From IMG/VR virus record IMGVR_UViG_2831345111_000005: 64,000 nt of DNA; one strand, 5' to 3'. A program made the position numbers and the translations under genes. Position 1 is the stretch's first letter; each line of letters opens with the position of its first letter. Of this stretch, positions 8,359-17,192 are shown piece after piece. The stretch is from an uncultured virus (IMG/VR IMGVR_UViG_2831345111_000005) (Duplodnaviria > Heunggongvirae > Uroviricota > Caudoviricetes). The notes under the pieces are model-generated. The model was given only the letters and a program-made list of their open reading frames with translations, was not told the origin of the DNA and did no database searches.

Positions 8359-8553
8359 AAACTTCATTGCACGGCGGTAGCTCAAATGGCTTATGGTGAG
8401 GCTGCAGACTTGCTATAAGCACGCTTGACTAAGGCATGGGTGAGCCCACAAGGCCTGTGGAGGTAATCTGTGAACAATTTCTTGCGTGTAGAGCAATCCA
8501 AAGATAATGGAAAGGTCGTTGGTTCGAGTCCAGCCCGCCGTGCAATGAAGTTT
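8359..8553 (+). ncRNA. tRNA-like RNA with a ~100 nt structured D-loop insertion and a 19-bp terminal stem
   Basis: AAACTTCATTGCACGGCGG pairs perfectly with CCGCCGTGCAATGAAGTTT; TA-GCTC-AAATGG[insert]TA-GAGC; TCCA-AAGATAA-TGGA; AGGTC; GTTGG-TTCGAGT-CCAGC; no CCA. Confidence 0.75.
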
Positions 8554-8754
8554 GTTAATTTGTAAATAACAGCACTATACTGAGAACTATGCCTCACTTG
8601 TAAATACATCTCGCGTTAGATTCCTTCGCTTCGGCGAGGAACTCTTTCCATGCCTGGAGCCTGCCTCCAGCTCGTGGTCCGCCATCCCATTCGATGAGCC
8701 TTTTGGCTCAGTTTGCGTCAGTACGACTTAACTTTTATCGAATGGAGATTTGCA

Positions 8755-9117
8755 ATGACCACCACTAACCTCAATACCACCATCCTGACCTCGGACGAGC
8801 GTCGCACGCTTACAGCCGCTTGGAGCGCTTTCCATGCCTCCGGGGAGGCGCGCGCAGAGGATTTCATTCTCTACGCCATCCTTCGAGGCAAGAACCCCAA
8901 GACTGGATTCACGCGCATCACCAACCCCAAGAAGCTGGCAAACGGTCTTCGTGAGTTTGGGGGCTACCAACATGCTCTTGACATGCTTGGCCGAGCCTAT
9001 AAGGGGCCGCTGACTCGCAAGCTTGCTCTATGTTTCCCTGGCCTTCGCGGTGAGCGCTTCAATGAGCTTCTGGATGCCATCTCGGCTGCCATCGAAGCAG
9101 CTCGAAAGGAGGCTTAA
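8755..9117 (+). CDS. Hypothetical protein, first gene of the Pth2-like operon
   Basis: GGAG RBS, 120 aa. Confidence 0.7.
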   Translation: MTTTNLNTTILTSDERRTLTAAWSAFHASGEARAEDFILYAILRGKNPKTGFTRITNPKKLANGLREFGGYQHALDMLGRAYKGPLTRKLALCFPGLRGERFNELLDAISAAIEAARKEA

Positions 9118-9118
9118 G

Positions 9119-9460
9119 ATGCATAAGCCCTACTCATACCTCATGGTGCGTGAAGACATCCCCCTCGAGCACCAGATGGTGCAGTTGGGCCATGCGGCCC
9201 TCGAGGCCGGCTTCAGCTTTAATCGCCCGGCCGAGACTTCCTACCTCATCCTCCTGGCGGCGAAGAACCAGGAGGAGCTGGTTCGCACGGCAGAGGAGCT
9301 CGCGGACCTTGGCATCGAGCATCACATGTTCTATGAGCCCGACTTCGGGCCCATGGGCCACTCTGCGCTGGCCACGAGGCCGCTCTTCGGAGATGAGCGT
9401 AAGCACATGCGGAAATATCGGCTGTACAAGGCAAAACAACCCATGATGGAGACCTGCTGA
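9119..9460 (+). CDS. Second, divergent Pth2-superfamily peptidyl-tRNA hydrolase-like protein
   Basis: YLMVREDI...QMVQLGHAALE...LILL...FYEPD...SALATRP. Confidence 0.65.
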   Translation: MHKPYSYLMVREDIPLEHQMVQLGHAALEAGFSFNRPAETSYLILLAAKNQEELVRTAEELADLGIEHHMFYEPDFGPMGHSALATRPLFGDERKHMRKYRLYKAKQPMMETC

Positions 9461-9461
9461 C

Positions 9462-9959
9462 ATGACGACAAAAATTTACACCCTCATTGCCCTCAAGGAA
9501 GAAAGCCAAAGCTATTGCCGCGGCTGCTTGATGGATACCTATAGCGGAGACTATCAACTCTGGTATGGCCTGGACCGAGACGCGCTTATCGCCAAGATGG
9601 CGGAATTCAAGCTCAAGAATACTGACCTTGGCCATAGTGAATCGGGCTATTCTTTAACAGTACTGATTAACGGTATCCCATGGGATTATTCTGACTACCA
9701 TATTCTCAACCAGCCGGTGGATGTCGATGCTGTCTATGATGCACAAAGTGCATATTCGGAGGAGTTTTCGGAGATAGCCCGACTCGCAAAAGAAGCGGTG
9801 GTGGTACTACAGGCTCAGCAAGCGGAGAAGAAGGCTGAGGCCGACCGCTTGGCCAAGGAGGCGGAGGATGAACGTAATCGCCTGGCTGCAATTGCCAAGG
9901 AGGAGGCTGAGCGAGCCGAGTACCTGCGAATGCAGGCTAAGTTTGGCGCTCGAAATTGA
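9462..9959 (+). CDS. Hypothetical protein with C-terminal coiled coil
   Basis: 165 aa, tightly coupled to the previous gene. Confidence 0.65.
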   Translation: MTTKIYTLIALKEESQSYCRGCLMDTYSGDYQLWYGLDRDALIAKMAEFKLKNTDLGHSESGYSLTVLINGIPWDYSDYHILNQPVDVDAVYDAQSAYSEEFSEIARLAKEAVVVLQAQQAEKKAEADRLAKEAEDERNRLAAIAKEEAERAEYLRMQAKFGARN

Positions 9960-10095
9960 TAGCGCGTTCTCCATCCAAATTCTTCTCCTTGCGAAAAGTA
10001 TAGTTTTTTGATATACTATGATGCGTGGCTGCCATCAGCGGCCACTTATCTACATGGGCCTACCCGGCCCCCTAATTTTCTCTGGAGAAACAAGC

Positions 10096-10632
10096 ATGGC
10101 AGTAATTGACCGCGTTCTGGTGGGCGAAGCCCTGGTTATCGATATGCGAGTGGACAGCAATGAGCTGGACCTCTTGAACGTTGCACATATCGACCTCATC
10201 CTCGGCCCCCGTGGAAGCGCAGCAGAAGAAGCCTTCTGTCGCACCCTGACCGACCAGAAGCAAGGTGTGAACGGCCTCCTGGCTGTTGTTGCACCCAACC
10301 TCATGACCAAGCCGGCCACGGTCATGTTCAACAAGGTCACCATCAAGAACGGCAAGCAAGCTGTTCAGATGTTCGGCCCGGCCCAACGCGGTGTTTCGAT
10401 GGCGGTCATGGACTGTGTCGAAGAAGGTATCATCCCGGCCGCCGAGGCTGACGACATTTTCATTTGCGTGGGCGTGTTCATCGACCACAACGCTGACAAT
10501 GACGAGCGCATTCAGGACTGGAACTACCAGGCCACCAAGCAGGCAATCAAGAATGCGATTGCGCGCTTCCCGTCGGCTGAGCATGTTCTGGAAGAACGCA
10601 AGAAGGCGGCACACCCGTTCGCGGCGAAGTAA
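10096..10632 (+). CDS. fae: Formaldehyde-activating enzyme
   Basis: VGEALV...[18 protein letters not shown]...[29 protein letters not shown]...VGVFI...NYQATK. Confidence 0.92.
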   Translation: MAVIDRVLVGEALVIDMRVDSNELDLLNVAHIDLILGPRGSAAEEAFCRTLTDQKQGVNGLLAVVAPNLMTKPATVMFNKVTIKNGKQAVQMFGPAQRGVSMAVMDCVEEGIIPAAEADDIFICVGVFIDHNADNDERIQDWNYQATKQAIKNAIARFPSAEHVLEERKKAAHPFAAK

Positions 10633-10693
10633 CGTAACCCACAAGGGTGATGGTAAAAAAGGGCGGAGATTCCGCCCTTTTGTTCATTGAAAC

Positions 10694-12973
10694 CTAGTTC
10701 TGACAGAGGTAGAAAGTGTAAGTTATAAAAGAGCCTGAAGAATTTCCCGTTTGGTAGGAGTTATATCCTCCTGGGCAGGAGCACGCTCCGGTTTCTGGAT
10801 TAGCGGTACTACAATTAGTCCCCGACATTGCATAAGTCCCCCCAAAACGGCTTGCTGCAGTTCCAGTTGATACCTTCGTCCAAACCCCGCCAGAACAAAA
10901 TACAGGGATGCCATTTGATGTATTAGCCATTGCGCCCGTATTGTAGCCTGCGCAGCTTGCACCGGCTCCGGCGACAAGGGATGGAACGATATTGTTGCCA
11001 TAAATGGCACCGCTCGCATTAATAGCGCCTGAGAAATTTTGCTGGCCAGTAAACGTTTGTGTCGCATCTGTACGTGCAAGGATTGCCGATGTGCTGGGCA
11101 TGGTCATCGTCGTGCCATCCGTGCCAGCCAGGGTTATGGAGTTGTTGACGGTCAAGGTCTTCCTAGTGACGCCTCCCGCAAGACTAAACCCAGTTGAGTT
11201 CTCTACTAGCGACATACCGTTGGCCCACTTGCCTGTGGTTCCGTTATATACAAGAGCTTGCCCGTTTGATGGACTCGTTAGGCTTACATCTCCCATGGTA
11301 GCCAAGCTCGATGCACCAACTTTAGCCCAGGCGCTGCCTGTGTCCCGATAGATTTCGTTAGTATCCGTCGTCATGTAAATGCGGTTTGCCACGCTGGCAG
11401 TTGGCCGGGCAGCCAAAGCCCCTGTGATGCTGGGGCTAGACAGCACCAAATTTCCTCCAGATACAGTCGTTCCGGCTGGCAGGCTCACGCCGCTCGAGGT
11501 CGCACTCAGGACTTGTGTGCCACCAGCGACCAAGCCAAGCGTATTGGCCGATGGCGAATACAATCCCGTGGTCGGGCTACCCGTGAAGGTGTACGCTGGG
11601 GAGGACGTCGAACCCACAGGCGCCACAATCTGCCCAGTCGCCGTCAGGGAGGACGTATTGATACCGCCGTTAGCCGTGATACCTCCGGAGGTCACCAGCG
11701 TCGCCAGCGTACCGTTACGGCTGCCGTCGATAGCCGACGCCCCACCAATCTGGAGGGAGCCTACGTTTGCATATCCAGTCACGGTAGCGTTACCCGCTGC
11801 GATGACGTTATTGATATTGTTGAGGTTGCGACTGGTATCGATGACCGTCGTGCCACCGACCTGAAGACCCCCACCCGCATTCACTACGCCGGAGAATGCC
11901 CCACCATTCGCCGTCACATTCTTGCTGGCATCCAGGAACACGGCGCCGTTGACCGTGACCGTGCCGTCGGTGCCCAGATTGAAGCGTTCAGAGCCACCGG
12001 TCTTAATAGCAAAGCTACCGTTAGCGACGTTAATCAGCATCTTGCTGTTGGTGTTGTCGTAGCCCAGAAAAGCGTTCACCGAAGAGCCGGCCGTGTTGTA
12101 GATATTGATGCCGGTCGTTGAGCTGGTGCCGCTTAGCCCCAGGGCCGTCGCCGAGGCGCCACTATTGATAGTGAGTTTTTCAGCGCCAAGGGTTGTTTGA
12201 CCGATGGCTACGCGGCCACTGGCGTTCGCCATGGTGACGTCGTAAGTACCATTATCAAGCCAGTTCTGGCTGCCACCACTTCCCCCTCCCAGGTTAAGCC
12301 ATTGTTGTTGGCTGGCGCTCCACCGGTACATACGGTTGGTGTCGGTCGTGAGGCGGACTTCACCATCATGTAAGGAGCCTGCACTAAGCCCTTGAAGCGC
12401 GGTTAGTGAGGCTGCAGGCGCGCCCCAGTAGGTCGACGTCGTGCTCGAGGCGCCGGTCGTCACCTGATTGGTCGTCATCCAGAAGGCATAGTCGTCGCCA
12501 CGCACAATGCCTTGCGCTAGGTCTGCGCAAGTCGTCTGAAAGACGTTGTCTAGGCCGTAGGAGATGACCGCCAGGGAGACTGAGCCTGCAGCCGTACTAC
12601 CAGGCAAGCGGCCGCTGCTCGAGGTTAGTGTACCGTTATCCCAGGCGCAATAGCCCAGCGTGCCGCCGAAGCCATCCGTCTTGGGCGCGGAGGAGGTATC
12701 CGGGATGACGCCTCCATCCGAGGTGCCTAGCCCGGTACCCAGCTTCATGGCCGGCGCTTCAATGGTCGCATCATTATCGACGTCGTAGCTCTCAGCAACG
12801 AGCTGATACACCGCCTGCTGCACGGAGGCGTATTGGCTGTTACGGCGAATGGCATCACTCGTAGTATCCGCTAGAGCAGTGTAAGTAACTAGCGCCATTG
12901 AACCGAAAGCAGCCAGCCGGGTCATCCAAACTTTTTCTGAATATTTTTGCATTTTTGGAAACCAAAAAATCAT
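10694..12973 (-). CDS. Large secreted adhesin/fibre-like protein with a PilV/shufflon-like Cys-containing tip
   Basis: Signal-like N-terminus, G/S/T-rich beta repeats, C-terminal C..G.W...FGG.Y....C...NP.TG.CSCP.GY. Confidence 0.65.
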   Translation of the reverse strand: MIFWFPKMQKYSEKVWMTRLAAFGSMALVTYTALADTTSDAIRRNSQYASVQQAVYQLVAESYDVDNDATIEAPAMKLGTGLGTSDGGVIPDTSSAPKTDGFGGTLGYCAWDNGTLTSSSGRLPGSTAAGSVSLAVISYGLDNVFQTTCADLAQGIVRGDDYAFWMTTNQVTTGASSTTSTYWGAPAASLTALQGLSAGSLHDGEVRLTTDTNRMYRWSASQQQWLNLGGGSGGSQNWLDNGTYDVTMANASGRVAIGQTTLGAEKLTINSGASATALGLSGTSSTTGINIYNTAGSSVNAFLGYDNTNSKMLINVANGSFAIKTGGSERFNLGTDGTVTVNGAVFLDASKNVTANGGAFSGVVNAGGGLQVGGTTVIDTSRNLNNINNVIAAGNATVTGYANVGSLQIGGASAIDGSRNGTLATLVTSGGITANGGINTSSLTATGQIVAPVGSTSSPAYTFTGSPTTGLYSPSANTLGLVAGGTQVLSATSSGVSLPAGTTVSGGNLVLSSPSITGALAARPTASVANRIYMTTDTNEIYRDTGSAWAKVGASSLATMGDVSLTSPSNGQALVYNGTTGKWANGMSLVENSTGFSLAGGVTRKTLTVNNSITLAGTDGTTMTMPSTSAILARTDATQTFTGQQNFSGAINASGAIYGNNIVPSLVAGAGASCAGYNTGAMANTSNGIPVFCSGGVWTKVSTGTAASRFGGTYAMSGTNCSTANPETGACSCPGGYNSYQTGNSSGSFITYTFYLCQN

Positions 12974-13082
12974 GTGTCAGAAGTATAGTTAACATCTTGA
13001 TAGCACAAGATATAATTAACTAAGCTATTGACATTGCTTGCTATTTTTGATATACTCAAAAAATACAAAAGGGAGTATAGAA

Positions 13083-13979
13083 ATGTTAACAGTCGCCGTA
13101 AGTAGCCGTGCATTATTTAATCTTGAAGACGGAAATACCATCTTCCAGACGGAGGGATGGGCTGCATTTGACGCCTACATGCGTAAAAATGAGAAGAAGC
13201 CTCTTCGTCCAGGGGTTGCCTTCCCGGTCATCCAGAAGCTGCTTGCCCTCAACATTGAAGGTGCTCCCCGCAAGGTGGATGTCATTCTACTGTCGAGTAA
13301 TACCTTGGATGCGGGCGCTCGCGTAATGAATTCGGTTCGCCATTACGGCCTGAACATCGACCGTGCATTCTTCACTTCGGGTGGCAACCGATTTTCCATC
13401 GCACAAGCCGGTAATGTGACGCTGTTCCTGTCAACCAACCCTGATGAAGTGCGTCGCGCGCTTGACCGGGGCATTGCAAGTGCTTGTGTGCAACCTCATT
13501 CGCACGTAGGCGAGTCTGCGCCTGGCATACGCATCGCGTTTGATGGCGACTCCGTCCTGTTTGATGACTCGGCCGAACGGGTAAACCATGAATCAGGCTT
13601 GGCCGCATTCACGCAGAATGAGCAGAAGCAAGCCAGGATTCCGTTGGGAGCAGGTCCATTCAAGCCTGTATTACAGGCCCTGCAGGAGATTCAGGAGAGC
13701 TACGCCGACGCTGCTGATTGCCCAATACGCGTCGCGCTGGTAACGGCGCGTAGTGTGTCAGCTTATGAGCGTGTTCTGCATACCTTCCGTACCTGGCGGG
13801 TCAAGGTGGATGAGTGCTTCCTGTGCGGCGGCCTTCCGAAAGGACCCTTCCTCGCAGCATTTGGCGCAGACCTGTTTTTCGATGACGGTATGCATAACAT
13901 CGAGTCCGCAGCGCAGTACGTGCCATCGGGCCATGTCCCACACGGCGTCGCGAACCAGGAAATGGCCGTTACCGCATAA
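13083..13979 (+). CDS. 5'-nucleotidase (cN-I-like HAD family)
   Basis: VAVSSRALF, RIAFDGDSVLF, GPFK, ALVTAR, FFDD, HVP.G. Confidence 0.88.
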   Translation: MLTVAVSSRALFNLEDGNTIFQTEGWAAFDAYMRKNEKKPLRPGVAFPVIQKLLALNIEGAPRKVDVILLSSNTLDAGARVMNSVRHYGLNIDRAFFTSGGNRFSIAQAGNVTLFLSTNPDEVRRALDRGIASACVQPHSHVGESAPGIRIAFDGDSVLFDDSAERVNHESGLAAFTQNEQKQARIPLGAGPFKPVLQALQEIQESYADAADCPIRVALVTARSVSAYERVLHTFRTWRVKVDECFLCGGLPKGPFLAAFGADLFFDDGMHNIESAAQYVPSGHVPHGVANQEMAVTA

Positions 13980-14314
13980 CGCATACTCAGCCGCATACCC
14001 ACCGAAGCCCGGCCATCGTGTCGGGCTTTTTCATTTCTACGAGGACGCCTCGGCCCAGCGAGGCCGAGATGGAGATGCTAACACCGCTCGTCCATCCTGG
14101 TTGGACAAAATTGAAGCTAACGCCGAAGGCGGGAAGGTGAGTGATTATCGCGAGGGTTCGGGGTTACGAAATTTGCATCCTAAGGGGGTTTCTGATGCGT
14201 CTTAATAAGCCTCCCATTTGATTTGGGATTACAAACTAGTGATTATAATATGATTACAGGGGTGTAAAATTGCCGTTTTAAATCTAATAATCAGTGACTT
14301 ACAAAATCACTCGC

Positions 14315-14395
14315 CGCCAATTATCCCGCACTTTGCCGCCAATTATCCCGCAGAAGCTCGCCAATTATCCCGCACCTGTCGCCAATTATCCCGCA
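14315..14395 (+). repeat. Four 16-bp iterons (putative oriV) with an AT-rich segment upstream
   Basis: CGCCAATTATCCCGCA at 14315, 14337, 14359, 14380 (period 22/22/21), directly upstream of rep. Confidence 0.85.
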
Positions 14396-14460
14396 CTTAC
14401 CTGCATTCTTTGGTATACTGGTATTATCGAATCGCCTCCGGCTTCTCTAGGAATATCGCT

Positions 14461-15360
14461 TTGCACGAATCAACCGCTGTCGCCGAATTATCGGGCTGGC
14501 TGCCAGAAGTGTTGGCACCTGCCACGCATTTAAGCCCCATTCCGAACGTCCTTGCTCGCTGCTCGATGTTTGCCGCGCGCACTGGTCGAGGTGCGGTAGG
14601 GAAGATAGTCTACAGGAAGCGTACCTTGTTAGCGGCGTATGGTGGCTACGAAATCTGGCAGGAGGCGGGGAGTCCGCATCTTACTCAGGACCATTTGGAT
14701 ATCTGGCTACTCCTCATAAAGGCTTCTTACGATAATCCTTTAAACCAGTCTGATAAAACGGTGACCGTTTCATTTGGCTACCGGGAGATGCTCCGTCACC
14801 TCGGTAAAACCGGAGGCGGCGCGGATATGGCTTGGCTGCGTGACAAGCTTACTGAAATGCGTATGGCTACCTACCGAATCACCTGCGGTGAGCAATTGAC
14901 GGTGACGGGTCTGGTTCATAAATTTACCCAGTCCCCAGGCGAGGATGGCCGATACGAGGTTCTGTTGGATGCTGAGCTCCGCAACCTTTTCTCTGCTGGG
15001 TGGACGCAACTCAATCTGGCGCATCGTCTTGCGCTGGCAGGTCGCACAAGTGCTCACGTCCTGGCGCAGTGGCTTCACGCGTTCTACTCAACCCATCGCT
15101 CACCTGTGCCTTTGGGGACACAGAAAATTCAGATGCTGTGCGGGCGGGCCGAGATGGAAGCGGGTAAATTCAATAAGCTCCTTCAAGAAGCCATTGAGCA
15201 TATCAACAATAGCACCATTGGGTGGAAGTGCGAGGTTAACAATGGGGTGGTATCCGTGAAAAAAGGAAGCCACACAAAATTAGCGCAGCGCGCTGGCCAC
15301 GAAAAATCTTCGAGGCCTAGGTATGATTTAGTGGCAGAAGAAGACGAGGAAGATATTTAA
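14461..15360 (+). CDS. TrfA-like plasmid replication initiator (start uncertain: TTG 14461 or 14410)
   Basis: IPNVLARCSMF, LTQDHLDIWL, LAQWLHAFYSTH; adjacent iterons. Confidence 0.75.
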   Translation: MHESTAVAELSGWLPEVLAPATHLSPIPNVLARCSMFAARTGRGAVGKIVYRKRTLLAAYGGYEIWQEAGSPHLTQDHLDIWLLLIKASYDNPLNQSDKTVTVSFGYREMLRHLGKTGGGADMAWLRDKLTEMRMATYRITCGEQLTVTGLVHKFTQSPGEDGRYEVLLDAELRNLFSAGWTQLNLAHRLALAGRTSAHVLAQWLHAFYSTHRSPVPLGTQKIQMLCGRAEMEAGKFNKLLQEAIEHINNSTIGWKCEVNNGVVSVKKGSHTKLAQRAGHEKSSRPRYDLVAEEDEEDI

Positions 15361-15413
15361 TCTTCACATGTTGCATATTTGAAGTTTAGTGATATACTTG
15401 TCTTGTTCGGATA

Positions 15414-15608
15414 AGGATGGGTTCAGCACTTTCATTTCTGACAAATGGCTTGCCGGGGCACCTTACGTGGACTAAAACTCTCCCGTAAGGACCGAAACCT
15501 CCCGCTTGGGGACGCAATCCTGAGCTAGTTGTGTGGCACGATAGCCACTCCCTTCCAGGCAGGTAGCCTTGGACGACCGAACCGGAATAGCCTTAGGGCA
15601 CCATCCTG
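15414..15608 (+). ncRNA. Structured RNA upstream of the Ro60-like gene (Y-RNA-like candidate)
   Basis: Extended -10 TGATATACT at 15390-15398; terminal stem AGGATGG/CCATCCT with an adjacent unpaired TTCAGCA; inner GGCT..CCGG/CCGG..AGCC stem and several hairpins. Confidence 0.55.
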
Positions 15609-15666
15609 TAAGCGGAGCCAGTTACACTGGTTCCGCTTGATTCTCTCCCTCAGCGATTAAACTCTT

Positions 15667-17073
15667 ATGCGGAAAACATTAAACGGCGCAGCTACATTCA
15701 AGACATCAGGCTCAGCCTGCCTTGACCTGTTCTCCATGATTGGAGCGGCACGCCGTCATCCCGCACAGCTTATTCAACTCTTTGAGCGTGCCCTGCGCGA
15801 AGACCAGGCGCTTGCCTTGCGTATCCTCCTGTGGTCGCGTGACGCCCGCGGAGGGGCGGGTGAGCGAGACACCTTCCGCAACGTCCTGCATTGGCTTGAG
15901 CGTAAGCGTCCAGAATTAGCGAGAAAGCTCATTGCCTCCTGGATTATTCCGGAGGTTGGCCGCTGGGATGACGTCTTAGGTGTAGCGACACCGGAACTGC
16001 GGGCCTTGGTCGCAAGCCAGGTAGCGCTTGTTTTAGCAGGCTCCATGGAAGCGTCACCTGACAGGTTGGCAGCTAAGTGGATGCCGCGCTCTGGCCCGGT
16101 CGCAGCTTGGCTCTGTAAGGCCCTTGGTATTTCCGAGGCCCAGTGGCGAAAGGGATTGGCCAAGATTTCCGATACCGTCGAGCAGCAAATGTCGGCAGGC
16201 AAGTGGAGTGGCATCCGCTATACCGCAGTCCCGTCTGTCGCGGCAACCCGCTATCAAAAGGCTTTTGCGCGCCACGATAAGCGCTATGCGACCTACATCG
16301 AGGACGTTACAGCGGGTAAGGCAACCATGCATGCGGGAGTGGTGTTCCCGCACGATGTTGTTAAGGCAAGCGCTGTGCATGATGCGGCAGCGACTGCGCA
16401 GTGGACGCAATTGCCCCGTCCTGCTATTGCAGGCAAGGCGCTGGTGCTATCTGATGTATCCTCGTCAATGATACGGCGTATTGGCGGCAATACCCTCGCA
16501 ATCGAAGTCTCCATTGCGCTTGGCCTGTTGCTTTCAGAAGCGCTGCCTGAGCCCTTCAAGAATAAGGTCTTGATGTTCTCAGCCCAACCAGAGTTCCACA
16601 CGGTGAAAGGCAATACGCTGCATGAGCGTGTAACCAATCTCACCAGCGGGATGTGGAGCATGAGCACCAACATACAGGCTGCTTTCGATAAAATTCTCTC
16701 GATGGCACGAGAAGCCGGCGCGGGGTTCGAGATGCCAGAAGCACTCATCATCCTCTCCGACATGGAGTTCGATGAGGCAGACGCCAAGGGATGGACAAAC
16801 TTTGAGGTCGCACGCAGGAAGTTTGAGCGGGCTGGCTTTAAGATGCCGTTAATGGTGTTCTGGAACCTGGCGGGCAGAGCCGGCAATGCCCCTGTGCGCG
16901 CCAATACCCCTGGTGTTGTTTTGTTGTCAGGATATTCCCCTCGTATTCTGGACGCGGTCCTCGCGGGAAACTATGAGCAGCTCACCCCAACTATACTGAT
17001 GCGTCAGGCCGTCTATATAGCACGGTACGACATTCCAGGGTTAACCATCCCGACAAAGTTAATCCTGACGTAA
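15667..17073 (+). CDS. DUF2828-family, Ro60/TROVE-like protein with a C-terminal vWA domain
   Basis: RDARGGAGERDTF, GRWDD, AAKWMPR, MIDAS DVSSSM, STNIQAAF, ILSDMEFD, FWNL, SGYSP. Confidence 0.8.
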   Translation: MRKTLNGAATFKTSGSACLDLFSMIGAARRHPAQLIQLFERALREDQALALRILLWSRDARGGAGERDTFRNVLHWLERKRPELARKLIASWIIPEVGRWDDVLGVATPELRALVASQVALVLAGSMEASPDRLAAKWMPRSGPVAAWLCKALGISEAQWRKGLAKISDTVEQQMSAGKWSGIRYTAVPSVAATRYQKAFARHDKRYATYIEDVTAGKATMHAGVVFPHDVVKASAVHDAAATAQWTQLPRPAIAGKALVLSDVSSSMIRRIGGNTLAIEVSIALGLLLSEALPEPFKNKVLMFSAQPEFHTVKGNTLHERVTNLTSGMWSMSTNIQAAFDKILSMAREAGAGFEMPEALIILSDMEFDEADAKGWTNFEVARRKFERAGFKMPLMVFWNLAGRAGNAPVRANTPGVVLLSGYSPRILDAVLAGNYEQLTPTILMRQAVYIARYDIPGLTIPTKLILT

Positions 17074-17192
17074 CATGCAGAATTAATGCGGCAAAATTGT
17101 TAATTAAGGCAAGTTAACACTTGCCTTTTTTCATTTATTCTGCTATAGTTACACCATCGCAATCAGCAATGAAATACCAGGAGGATTCCTCA

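Noticed and set aside
8390..8488. Group I/II intron or known self-cleaving ribozyme in the tRNA-like RNA
   Set aside because: Too short, and no recognisable catalytic core motifs by eye
8371..8545. Ordinary tRNA-Ile(GAT)
   Set aside because: No U33, 4-bp anticodon stem, no CCA, large D-loop insertion
14315..14395. Possible mini-CRISPR array
   Set aside because: 16-bp repeats with 5-6 bp spacers, helical phasing, next to rep and no cas genes; these are iterons
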